This document shows positions 12,595-24,807 of a stretch of DNA of 64,000 nt, piece by piece (position 1 is the stretch's first letter; each line of letters opens with the position of its first letter). This DNA is from Felis catus (taxonomy: Eukaryota), in contig NC_058377.1 in the NCBI RefSeq assembly GCF_018350175.1, forward strand, positions 61,442,001 to 61,506,000, read 5' to 3'. The translations under genes were made by a program, and so were the position numbers. Below the pieces are notes generated by a model. It was not told where the DNA came from and made no database searches. It saw only the letters and a list, made by a program, of their open reading frames with translations.

Positions 12595-13548
12595 TTAGTT
12601 TCCAGAAATCTTCTTGCTTGGGAAGAAGAGACCAGCCACTCGGTCACGAATCTGCTTGGTCTTGACGCCATACACCAGGGGATTGACTGCGGGAGGCACC
12701 AAAAGATACAAACTCGCAAAAATTATATGAATGCTTGGAGGTACCTTCTTGCCAATGCGGTGAGTTAGGAAACTAAACAGTGCAGGGGTGTAGGAGACAA
12801 GTATAGTGCACACATGGGCAGCACAGGTGCCCAGCGCTTTCGAGCGGGCATTCTGGGAAGACAGCCGGAAGACTGCCTGGAGGATTTTGGTATAGGATGC
12901 GGCTATGAGCCCTAGGTCCCACACCATCACTGAAAGGGCCACAGAGATTCCGTACACTCTGTTAATGAGGGTGTTGGCACTGGCCAACTTCACCACAGCC
13001 ATGTGCTCACAGTAGGCATGATTGATGACATATTTAGTATAACATGGTAGCCTTTTAATAAGAAGAGGACAGGGCAAAACCATAAGGATAGCTCGGGTCA
13101 TACCAACTAGACCCATTTTAATGACCATTGGTGTTGTCAGGATGGTTGTATAACGCAATGGGATACAAATAGCTACATAGCGGTCAAAGGCCATGGCAAC
13201 CAAGAGGGATGATTCAATTATGCAGAATGTGTGAATGAAATACAACTGTGTCAGGCAGGTGTCAAAGTCAATCCAATGTGCATCCATCCAGAAGATACCA
13301 AGCATCTTGGGGGCCATGGAAGAGGCAAGAGCCATGTCATTCACTGCCAGCATACAAAGGAAGAAATACATAGGCTGGTGGAGGCTTGGTTCTAGTTTGA
13401 TGGTGATGATGATTACACTGTTCCCCAGCAGGGCCAGGGCAAACAGGAGGCAGACCGGGATGCCAATCCAGCAGTGAAAATCTTGCAAACCAGGAATACC
13501 AACCAGGAAAAAAGATGAGATGTAGCGATGTGTAGCATTGTCTGCCAT
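12595..13548 (-). CDS. Olfactory receptor, class I, OR52 family (copy A), 317 aa, intact; subfamily uncertain, possibly OR52AE-like
   Basis: LHQPMY, MAFDRYVAIC, HAYCEHMAVVKLA, KALGTC, PPAVNPLVYGVKTKQIR; NAT glycan site at 4; candidate acceptor AG at 13602-13601. Confidence 0.93.
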   Translation of the reverse strand: MADNATHRYISSFFLVGIPGLQDFHCWIGIPVCLLFALALLGNSVIIITIKLEPSLHQPMYFFLCMLAVNDMALASSMAPKMLGIFWMDAHWIDFDTCLTQLYFIHTFCIIESSLLVAMAFDRYVAICIPLRYTTILTTPMVIKMGLVGMTRAILMVLPCPLLIKRLPCYTKYVINHAYCEHMAVVKLASANTLINRVYGISVALSVMVWDLGLIAASYTKILQAVFRLSSQNARSKALGTCAAHVCTILVSYTPALFSFLTHRIGKKVPPSIHIIFASLYLLVPPAVNPLVYGVKTKQIRDRVAGLFFPSKKISGN

Positions 13549-14097
13549 GTTAGAACTGGAGACCTTGCATGCTCAGATACAAAGTAGCCAGACTAATCTC
13601 CTATGCGCAGAATGAAGGATGGCAACTAACTCCACCATGGTCCTGCATGTGGGGAATCCAGACACAGTAGAAGGGTTAAGGCTCTAAATCTTCAGGTAAA
13701 CCACTTCGCCATTCTGAATCTCAGTATCTTCATCTGCAAATGAGAAAATTGTGTTCATATTTCAGAAATTTTTTCCCAGTTTTTGAATTTTATTTAATTT
13801 ATTCTGTAATTTTTATTTCTTAATAGATGATCAGATAGTAAAATAATGGTCTCATCATTGTGTCAAAGCTAGTGTTGCATTCTGTGATACAATCATTTTC
13901 AGGAACATTGAGATCAAGTGTGGATACAAGTGAATAAACATACACACAATAATTAACAAATACTTCAAAATGCAGTCATTATTTTAATGATATTCTTCTT
14001 CTCAGAGAGCATAACTTAATAATCAGTTCAGAGTAATATCTCCTAATCCTAATATATAAGAACAAAGCTTATAAAGTTAAAAACAATAAGGGCTTTA

Positions 14098-14323
14098 GGG
14101 GCGCCTGGGTGGCGCAGTCGGTTAAGCATCTGACTTCAGCCAGGTCACGATCTCCGGTCTGTGAGTTCGAGCCCCGCGTCGGGCTCTGGGCTGATGGCTC
14201 AGAGCCTGGAGCCTGTTTCCTATTCTGTGTCTCCCTCTCTCTCTGCCCCTCGCCCGTTCATGCTCTCTCTCTCTCTGTCCCAAAAATAAATAAATGTTGA
14301 AAAAAAAATTTAAAAAAAAACAC
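14098..14323 (+). mobile_element. Young SINEC_Fc-type CanSINE
   Basis: ggggcgcctgggtggcgcagtcggttaag head; 16-bp TSD 14082-14097 / 14324-14339 with 1 mismatch. Confidence 0.95.
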
Positions 14324-14747
14324 AACAATATGGGCTTTATCATCCAAAGCAATTTATTCCTATTTTAGATGAACTCCTTAAGATGATCTGAAGGTGGACA
14401 GCATAACATAAGCATATAAACAGGAAAAAAGAGAAGATTTTATTTATTTGTGCTGTCATATGATTTAAAGTTGGTGCAAATAAGCATATGAGTTGGTTAG
14501 TCAGCCCAGTCTATTTTCTGCAAAGCCATTACTGCCATCTATAAACTCAGCCCTACTTCTGGTTGGCATCCCAGACCTGCCTAATGACAGTGACGAGCAA
14601 ATCATGTACAATTCAGCCCTTTAGACTCAGCAGCAAAAGGATTTTCTTATGATTCTTGCTCTCACCTCTCTTTTTCTTCCTGCCGTCCAGTTTCTACCCA
14701 ATATTGTAGTTCTGGAACATGCACTCTACTCTTTTTAATCTGCTTCT

Positions 14748-14954
14748 TAAATTTATTTTTTTAAATGTTTATTTCTGAGAAAGAGTTGAGCAGGGGAGGG
14801 AGACAGAGGGAGGGAGAGAGACAGGGAGACACAGAATGTGAAGCAGGCTCCAGGCTCTGAGCTGTCAGCACAGAGGGGCTCAAACCCACAAACCGCGGGA
14901 TCATGACCTGAGCCAAAGTCAAGGTTTAACCGACTGATCCACCCACGTGCCACC
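14748..14954 (-). mobile_element. CanSINE
   Basis: Reverse-complement SINE body. Confidence 0.9.
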
Positions 14955-15041
14955 GTTTTTTAAATTTATAATTGCTCATAGCATCTCAGTTTCTGTTCAG
15001 GAACTCCACTGATGTGAAGGCTCAAGATATATTGAGAAACT

Positions 15042-15253
15042 GGGGTGCCTGGGTGGTGCAGTCAGTTAAGCGTCCAACTTCAACTCAGGTCATGATATCA
15101 CGGTTCACCGGTTGGAGCCCTGCGTTGGGCTCTGTGCTGAAAGCTCAGAGCCTGGAGCCTGCTTTGAATTCTGTGTCTCCTTCTCTCTCTACCCCTCCCC
15201 TGCTCATGCTCTGTCTCTCTCTCAAAACTAAATAAACATTAAAAAAAATTTTA
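15042..15253 (+). mobile_element. CanSINE
   Basis: Perfect 16-bp TSD aagatatattgagaaa 15024-15039 / 15254-15269. Confidence 0.95.
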
Positions 15254-16702
15254 AAGATATATTGAGAAATATTCCAAATGGCAATGCTTCCTTCCTTTCA
15301 CGGAGGTCTAAATAATATCTGTGTACGGAAAAAACTTTCTGGTTAGGGTAGCTGTGAAACATGGTATACTGGTACTATACGAGTAAGTATCTGAGATACT
15401 GCCTCGTAAGGAATTGAAAAATGTCAAACGAGTCATAAAATATTTCATAAAAAAAATCAGTGCTTAAACTTTAGCCACAATGTAGAAACCCAGAATTGTA
15501 GAAATTACTATATATGGATGAAGCCTGTAACTCCAGGCAGAGAGAAAAACTTGAGACAAAACCTACAGTAATCAAAAATTCCAAGTGTGAAAGGTTTCAA
15601 AGCATGTTAAATTTCTGCTCTTGTGAATTCTCACATAATAGTTTTCTACGTGGAAACTTGTTTTGCCAGGTTTCATCCTTGTATCTGCTTCTGACAGAAT
15701 CAAACACAAGAGATTAACCTAGGCAGAAATATAGGAATACGTTTTAGCTAGGACACATTATTTATGATTGCAAAGGAGTGAGCATAATTACTTTTAGGAA
15801 TCCTGCTGGTATATGTAAATATTTTACAATCATCTTTTAGTTTTCAATAAATTAACTTGTAAGAATAGTAACACATCTAATCTATACCGAGAGAAAATTA
15901 AAGTCACTTCCCCTTAAACAAAAGGAGTTTCCTGTGCCATCCCTAGAAAAGGGCACACAGGGAGTTACAGATAATGGCCCCCAAATGGCATTCTCCACTT
16001 CCACCTAGAAAGTCCTGTCTATCTTCTCTCAGGCTTAGTATGAAAGAAATATTGGAGACACCCATTTGTTTCCATAAGGTCATTCTTTACATTATCTTCA
16101 GCAGACAGTCTGCTAGGACAGCCAGAATGTCTGTTGGCACAACCATCCCATCTGTTTCTGAACCACGTACATACCATATACCTTCTGACAGCCTGGCCTT
16201 TGCCATTTTGCCTGTTTCTGGGTCAGTCCACATAGCCCTTGCCTGGAACCTGCCGCTTCAGAGTGGGGGACCTTATCCGAATACCACAGTATTTTCTAAT
16301 ATTTTCACAGTGCTTCTGAATGCATTATCTACTTATGTATTAGAAGAATAACACATAAATAGATCCCACATGAAAATAAGTAAGTTCTACCAATTCTTCC
16401 CCCATGGGATTGTATCTCACTTGCTGGCAGCCACCCAGAAATTAAATTAGGAAATCTCACCATATTCCTTACCTCCTCAATCTGTTTATATCCAATCCTT
16501 CAGGCAAGCAACCATAAAGTCTTTGTTTCTGTTCGAGCTCTTACTATGTGCTTTGTAAGCGTTCATTTTCAGGTGATCCTCCTTCATCAAGAGTGTGAAC
16601 TCCCAAAGGAAGTCACTGAACCTTAACTCTCAATAGATTCTGAGAGAAGATGGGATGTTTTCGTACTTTCTCGACAAGTCTCTTAAGAATTTCACAGATT
16701 TT

Positions 16703-16915
16703 GGGGCACCTGGGTGGCACGGCTGGTTAAGCGCCTGACTCTTGATCTCAGCTCAGGTCATGATCTCACAGTTCGTGAGTTTGAGTCTCACATCAGGCTC
16801 TGCACTGATTGGTGCTGAGCCTGCTTAGGATTCTGTCTTTCCTTCTCTCTGCTCCTCCCCTGCCTATGCTTTCTCTCTCTCTAAATAAACAAATAAAACT
16901 TTTAAAAAGGCAGAA
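16703..16915 (+). mobile_element. CanSINE
   Basis: Perfect 18-bp TSD aagaatttcacagatttt 16685-16702 / 16916-16933. Confidence 0.95.
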
Positions 16916-17040
16916 AAGAATTTCACAGATTTTTATCTTGCTTCCAAGGCTTCTGACCCACTAGAGATGGGTTGCATAACCAGAAAATTCCCTGTAGCAG
17001 ATATTTCCAAGATTCTTCCATTAACAGATAGTGACCCAGC

Positions 17041-17041
<1 letters not shown>

Positions 17042-17076
<35 letters not shown>
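17042..17076. repeat. (GT)n microsatellite
   Basis: GT run. Confidence 0.95.
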
Positions 17077-17079
<3 letters not shown>

Positions 17080-17959
17080 GATTCTATTCAGCTCCTGTTC
17101 TCCACTACCAAATCATATTACTCACTATTCATTATGTCTCATAAACATGTAACATCAACCCATGATACATTGCAGATGATATTAAAAAATAACAAAAATA
17201 CTCTCTGAAAATCCTCAAATGTTCATTTTCCATTGTAGCATATAGGCCAATATGCTATGTGGGGTATTTAAAAAGTATGACTGTCATTGCCATTGGAGCA
17301 TTGAGGACTCTGTAGTTAAGTTGTCATTGTGGTTGCTTTGTAACGGGCTATTGTGATGCTCAGGAGACCCCTCTGTTTGGAAGACTGATGGGTCCCTGAG
17401 GAGAGATGAGGTCAAAGGGAAAAGAGGACTGGGCCAGGACTGAGCACAAAACAGTAACAGTGTCTCTCTAGAACAGCTATGTGAACGTTACACTCTCCCC
17501 AGAGCTTGTACATGGGTAGTACTCATGTGTTTCTCCTTTGGAGGATATAGTCTTAAGAGACTCTCTCATGATATCCCATCAAATGAGATGCCTGAGATGC
17601 CAATCAAATATAGTTCACTGAAAAAACCTGTGAGAAGACTAAGAGAAAATCAGTTGAGTGTGGGCAAAATATCTGAAAATTGAAAGAAGGAAATTTCTGC
17701 CCTTAGTTCCAGTATGACTGAATTCTCATTTATGTCTCAGGAAAAGATTAAGGTGGTCTGAAAGTATAAAGGTAGCTCAGGGTATTGCATGATCTCCAGT
17801 TGGTTTTTCTTTCTCTCTTGTATGATTTTACTGACATGATTCTCATACATCCAGTCACCTTATGTTTCCCCTCCCTATCAATATGTGCTCATATACATGC
17901 ACAGGTTTGTGTAATTCAGTCCTTCAGGGTTGGTGAGTCAGGACTGCTCTCCACTATGG

Positions 17960-20800
17960 CCAAACTCATCTATCATCCCTCCCACTGTGCAGTAAGGGAT
18001 CATTTTTATTTCCTCACATTTCTGGCAATGTTAAGCGTTCTATGTTCTCCTGATTTAATGTAGGGCTTAAAGAGGGTTCCTTTTAATTTCTACTTCCCCC
18101 ATTACCAGAGAGTAAGAACATGGACTCACATGTTAGAGTGCGTTTTGCCCTTTTTTCTCTACTGTAACTGTTGTTACTCTTCAGTTTTCTATTGGAGACT
18201 CGATTTTTCTTGCAGATTTCCCACCTAAGTCTTACCAGAAACATTGCAAACAACTTCTCCCAGTCGGTCTCTTACCTGTCGTGTTTTATTTTTTTTTCCA
18301 CTTTTTTACTTTTAACCGACCTATAAATTTTTTATTTAAAAATTATCATAAAGATATTCGCTTTTTTTTCTTTCAGCATACAATATGATAGGATTTAACA
18401 TATATAGAGAGTCATCTAATCTTCATCATAATCATGATGCCAGAAAGCATCCCTTTATCCCAAAAATCTTCTCGATGCTCTCCCTTTATAGTCACATCTA
18501 CCCTGACCCATAAGCACTGGTAGACACTGGCCCGTTCTGCACCACTAATACTGGATTTTCAAAATGGCATATAAATATGAAAGCCTACACTATCTAATTT
18601 TTGATGTTGGATTATTTTACTTAATTTAGTGCCTTTGAGATTTATCCAAATTGTTTTCTAAATCAACATTTTCTGTAATGTAAAGTGAATTCCATTGTAT
18701 AGATTTAGTACAATGTGTTTATCTAGTCACCTGTTGAAGAACATGTGGGTTATTTCTATTTCTGGGCAATTATGCTTATACATACTATATTCATCCGCGT
18801 GCAGCTTTTGAATGAACATTTTTAAAATTTTTTCCAGTGTTACTCATTATTAGAATTGGAAACTTCAACACTCCTCTTTCAGTAATTGATAGACCAGGCA
18901 AGCAGAAAATCAAGTAAGACCTGAATGTAAATACAAATCACTGTGTTCTATTCAACAAAATCAATCATTCTGGGACATAAGACTCACTTTAATTTAAAAT
19001 AATCAAAATCATACAAAGTATGTTCTCAGACAATAATGGAATTAACCTTGCTATCAACAATAGAAAGATAACTAGAAAATCTCCAAAGTATTTGGAAATT
19101 AAACACATATGTCAAGAATGAGTTCTTGAGAGAAATTCATATGATATGCCCATGACTTCTGGTGCCCATTATCTTTCTGAGAAACCAGCTATAAATTTTA
19201 TTGGAAATCCCTTGAATGTAATGAGTCATTTTTTTTCTCTTTCTGCTTCAAGATACTTTTTTCTCCAAGTTTTTATTTAAATTCCAGTTGGTCAACATAC
19301 ATTTTAATATTAATTTCAGGTTTAGAGTTTAGTGATTAATCACTTACATATAATACCCGGTGCTCCTCATGAAAGATTCTATCTCTATCCTTGAAAATTT
19401 AACCATGATGTGTCTAGATATGGATATCTTTGAGTTTATCTTGCTTGTTAGTGCTTGTTTTTATACTTCATGATGTTTATTGAGGTCTTGAATATGTAGA
19501 TTTATGTTTTCTATTAAATTTGGGGTTATTTTCTGTCATTTTTTCAAATAGTTTCCCTCCTTTCTCTCTCTCCTTTCCTCTTGGGAATGCCATTCGTATA
19601 TGTTGGTATACTTTTTGGTATCCTTTATGTCCCTAAGGCTCTGTGAATTTTCTTCATTCTTTTCTCTTTCTTTTCTCATAAAAAATAATCTCAGTTGACC
19701 TCTCTTCATGTTACTTCTGCTAGCTCAGTCCTGCTGCCTACCTAGCAGAATAACTTTCAGTTATTCTTTGCAACCACAGATTTTTAATTTTTTTTTATAA
19801 TTTTATTTTCTTTATTGATATTCTCCACTTGTTAAACATTGTTACCATACTTTTTTAAAATTCTAAAATCATGAGGACATCTGGGTGGCTCAGCCAGTAA
19901 AGCATCTGACTCTTGATCTCAGCTCAGGTCATGATCTCACAGTTCATGATTGTGAACCCCACGTCAGACTCTGCACTGATGGCAGAGAGCCTGCTTGGAA
20001 TTCTCTTTCTCCCTCTTTCTCTGTCCCTACTCACACCCTCTTTTCTCCCAAAATAAGTAAATAAATTTAAAAATATTTTTTTTAATTTCAGAATCATGTT
20101 TCCCTTTATTCTTTTGACATAAATGTGGGGGATGGGCTAAAAAGGTGATGGGCACTAAGGAGGGCCCTTGTGTTGATCACTGGGCTCTCCCTCTAATATG
20201 GGTTATAGTTGCTTATTTCTTTGTGGGGCTTGTATTTTTTTGTTGAAAACTCAACATTTTATATAATAAAACATGGAATTTGTGGAAATTGCATCCCTTT
20301 CTCTTCCCAGAAATAATTTAGTTGTGTTGTTGTTGTTGTTAGTGACCTTACTGGTTTAATACTATAAAGTGTTTATTCGCCGTAATGTGTGGCCACACAA
20401 CATCAGTGATTTGGTAGCTTAGTGATCCACTACTGATTGTTCAGAGATTTACTTAAATTCTTTGAACCAATAATTTTTATATTCTCTGCCAAAAGGATCT
20501 GTGTATGGGTTGGGGTTCTTATTCAACATCTAAGCAGTTTATAATTCTATATTACACTTCATGTCCTGCTTGTACAGGGACTCAAGATAACCCAGACATG
20601 AGAGACTGAAGCCCTCACAGATCTTTCTTGGCTACATGCACAGCCCTGCACATGCTCATGGTCTTGTAGAGTCGCAATATGTCAGAGCTTTTCAAAATGT
20701 CTTGTAGACATTCCATTTTTCAAGTCCCCCTGTGAGGTTTTGGCCAGGCTCTTGTTTTCTGCAACTCGTGGAGAATATAGCTATTCAATAATGATGAAGA
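17960..20800 (-). mobile_element. Mosaic of old L1M fragments, mostly minus strand, with a plus-strand endonuclease-region piece ~18850-19130 and short carnivore L1 3'-end pieces
   Basis: Antisense ORF1/ORF2-like text; plus-strand gaaacttcaacactcctctttcagtaattgataga matches L1 EN. Confidence 0.55.
19873..20075 (+). mobile_element. CanSINE
   Basis: Head ggacatctgggtggctcagccagtaaag; degenerate TSD ending aatcatg. Confidence 0.88.
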
Positions 20801-22450
20801 GAGTTAAACTACCTTTTATATTTGATTTCAAACTAGCTAAGATATGTGATGTTTTGGCAATCAAAAGAAAAGGAAAATTTTATCTATAGTATATGTGTAT
20901 ATTAAATAAGAACTATTCGTATGCATACTTAACATACTTAACAAATATAGAACATTCACAAATAATGACTTTCTTCTGTACCTCCCAAGTACTTGTCACA
21001 ACTACTACCGCTCTTACTGCTACTGCTAGTATGCATTCACCTTCTCCTCAAAGAAGTCACCCCCAAAGTCACTCCACGGTTTTGTTATCTTTTGCATATA
21101 TTTCTTTAATCTGGTGGTTCCTGATGTTTGTCACTGTGTTGCTACTCCCATTGGTATTCTTTGTGCTTTTACTCATTATCCTGTGATGCCTACCTTCCTA
21201 ATTCTTCTTAATAGTGGCATGTCACACCCACTAGATTTCACTCATAAGTTTGTTAAGCCTTTGTCACGTGTCTCAACAACTGGTAATTCCATTTGAATTC
21301 TTACTGGGTTTTTTTGGTGACTTCAAAGTTTGCATAGATTTTTTTCCCCATCATGCTAGCCTTTCAGTTTTTCTACTCACTTGCTCCTATTACTATTCTC
21401 ACTACATTTTTGTGATCACACTGTCTTCATGTCATCCAACAATCTTGTCTCATCCTCTTTTCTCATCTCTCATTAGTTCCTTGACCTGCCTAGTCTAACA
21501 TACTATTTACTACAACTGCTGTGAAATTGCTCCTACAAAGGGAGTAATACCTGCTGAATTAGAAAGACTTTCCCTTGTACTTGAAAAAAAAAATACCTCT
21601 TACCTAATATTGCTTTGTAATCATTTATCTATTTGTATATCAGTTTATTCCTTTAGGTTATGAGCTCTCAAATTAATAAATTGATTATGAAAATATACCC
21701 TTACATTTTGAATGAATGTTGGCCTTCTTTAGTCCTTAGGAGAAGAACTTTTCAGATTCCCATTCTATTCCTCAAACTTACCTTATCTTCAGAAACAGGC
21801 AGTGTATCCTCACCCAACACTTGCAAAGTATTAATCTCTTCAAATGTTATAATATGCCATTTTAAAATCATCTTTTGCATGAAATTTAAGAGTGTGATCT
21901 CCAACATGTATTTTATTCTTTAATTTAGTTGTTTCCTCCTCTTTGCCCTTTAGTACTCTATTCCCTTATAAGTACGTATTAGAATTTGTTGAATCACACA
22001 TCTACATAGGGGAGAATTTAATACAATTGAATGTGTATTTGTCACTGAAAAGTGGATGGGATGCTATAAGCAATACGTCTCAGCCCTACCCTTCTTGAAT
22101 TTTGCTATAACACTGAATGATTATCACCAATGGATTATGAGTAGAATTAATGTATGTTTCTCTCAGGTTATACCTTTTTAAAAGAGGATATGGAATAAGT
22201 ATTTATTAACAGTAACTAATTTAACTTAATAAAATATTTATTCCAATGTTATTTTATCATTTTTTTATTAATCTCTTTAGCTGATACATTTTACCTTATG
22301 ATGAAGTCTACAAATCCACCATCGCTTTATCATAGCCAGTGTCTGATTTCAGGCACTTTCCATCAGCATATATGAGGTTGCTGTACATAAAGCTGTAAAC
22401 TGTCTATAGATAAAGCTGATGTGGAAGAATGCTTCATAAAGAGGCTTTCT

Positions 22451-22676
22451 TTTTTTTTTTCTTTTTTTTTTCCAACGTTTATTTATTTTTGGGACAGAGA
22501 GAGACAGACCATGAATGGGGGAGGGGCAGAGAGAGAGGGAGACACAGAATCGGAAACAGGCTCCAGGCTCAGAGCCATCAGCCCAGAGCCCGACGCGGGG
22601 CTCGAACTCCCGGACCGCGAAATCGTGACCTGGCTGAAGTCGGACGCTTAACCAACTGCGCCACCCAGGCGCCCCC
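22451..22676 (-). mobile_element. Young SINEC_Fc-type CanSINE
   Basis: CpG-intact; TSD taaagagg(c/t)tttct. Confidence 0.95.
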
Positions 22677-23379
22677 GTAAAGAGGTTTTCTAACTTACAG
22701 AAGAAACCAAAGTGTATGGCTCACTTTTGGGACACAAGGGCAAGATGAAACAAGGTTGTGTTAAGGACATGTCCAGATTTGCATCAGTGACTCCTAGAGC
22801 AGCTGCAGTATGTATGAGACACCTCCTGGGACACAGTGAACAGAGCTCATCTGTTTCTCTTTTGGAAAAACCAGCCTTTCAAAAAGCAGTTTCAAACCCA
22901 TGGTGTCCATTAAACAGATTCCAAGGATATGCAGGCAATCAGAGAACGATTTGTGAGAAATCCAGAAAAAAAAATGGTATATTAACTGAAATTAAATGTT
23001 CATATTCAACAATTTCCAGCTTTTAGTTCCTGTTAGGACCCTGGACAGAATGAAGGGACAGGCTGTTTCAAATACCCTTTACTTTTCATTGTTCTATGCC
23101 CACGGTATACTCTATCAGGATGTGTAACTTTGTTTTTAGGCTTTTCATGCTTCTTTTCGCCATTTTTTAATTTCACCTGTTTTAAGTACTCCTCATCTTA
23201 CACACACACACACACAAACTAATGTGTATTAGGGGTTTCCTCATATTTAATGATGGACAATCATATCTGAATAAAAATCTCTTCAGTGATTAAAAATAAA
23301 CACTTACCTATTTTATAGTGTGTACTAACTTCCAAAAACTGGTCTAAGCACATTTTGTGCTGAATCATTTAATTCTTTC

Positions 23380-23520
23380 TTTACCCTCTGAATTAAATCC
23401 TCATAATATGTTACTTTTATAAATGAGAGAACTGAGGCCAGTACTGATTTAAGAATATACCCAAAGACACACAGGTAAAAACTCGTGGTGCTAGATTTTA
23501 AACCCAAGCATTCTGATGAA
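23380..23520 (-). mobile_element. MIR SINE
   Basis: ttttataaatgagagaactgaggc...agatttaaacccaagcattctga. Confidence 0.65.
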
Positions 23521-24028
23521 AGACTGAACTTTTCACCACAATGCGATGCTGTTTAATCCAGGTGAAGTTATCCCCCCTGGGAATAATTGCAAATGTCCTG
23601 TGTGATGAAAGATATAGGCCACAAGTCCTGTTAATGACCTGAGTATAAAATGAATGTAATTTGTACTTTTAAAGCCCATTTTGCTAATATTAAGTTGGAT
23701 ATGTTGTGTGGACATATTAAGGATTCATCGGAATCACAGTGTTTTGTTTAATTATTGGCTTGATTGAAAGAAATTTCTTTTGGTTATGATTATGACATAA
23801 ATTATCATGTAATTATTCCAAATACGTTGTGAGCCACAAAAGATTATTATTCCCCTTATCAGAAGTCTGGACTGCAGGCAGCTTGCTGCTGTTATGGCTC
23901 ATATACACATATTTTAGGTCATAAATACTAGAATTAAAGTTTGCTTAAAGACTTATTAGTTAATAAAAATAAGAGCTTGTGGTTACTGTGAATTGGTAAG
24001 CGTATTTTTGAAAATTAACCTGACCATG

Positions 24029-24420
24029 CTGAGAAAGACAAAAACCATATGATTTCACTCATGTGTGGAATCTGAAAAACAAAACAAATGGATAAACAAA
24101 CAAAAAGTAGAATCAGACCTATAAATACAAAGAACACACTGGTGGTTGCCAGTGGGAAAGTGGATGAGGGGTTGAGCAAAATGGGTGAAGGGGAGCAGAA
24201 GATACAGGCTTCCAGGTGTGGAACATATAAGTAATGGGAATAAAAGCTTCAGCATAGGGAATATGGTCAATTATATTGTAAGAGCACTGTATGGTGACAG
24301 ATGGTACCTACACTTGTGGTAAGCATAGTATAACGTATAGAGAAGTTGAATCACTATTTGTAGACCTAAAACTACTGTGACATTGTGTGTCAACCATACT
24401 CAAAGAAAGACCTTAAAAAA
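24029..24420 (+). mobile_element. 5'-truncated L1 3' end (L1MA/L1_Carn type)
   Basis: gagaaagacaaaaaccatatgatttcactcatgtgtggaatctgaaaaac...gtgtcaaccatactcaa. Confidence 0.8.
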
Positions 24421-24807
24421 ATCAATGTGACCACATGATTTGAGAGTTTTTATATTCTGATAATACTTATTTAATTATCTCACATTTGGAGATGTAACAT
24501 AAATACTATAGGAACAATTTAATCTGAAAATACATAGAAAATAACAAAATTGGTAACATATATTAAATGTTTTCCATGTGTCACTCTTTGATAATATTCC
24601 GATTTGGTTTCATGTCAAATAGCTTGTACACTGAAAACATAAGTTTATATAAGGTAATTTTTTAAGTAAATGTACAGCAACAACTATGCCCGCTGCAAGG
24701 CACAGGGGAGCCCAGAAGGAACAGTTGGACTACTTTCAGTTATTCATTATGGTAGCCGTAACTTTTGATAATCATGTTACACCAATTAGGACTGGTATTT
24801 ACATATT

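Noticed and set aside
16953-16970. ctgacccactag shared with 32193-32204 as a CTCF site
   Set aside because: Lacks the GGGC/GGCG half of the core; kept only as paralog homology
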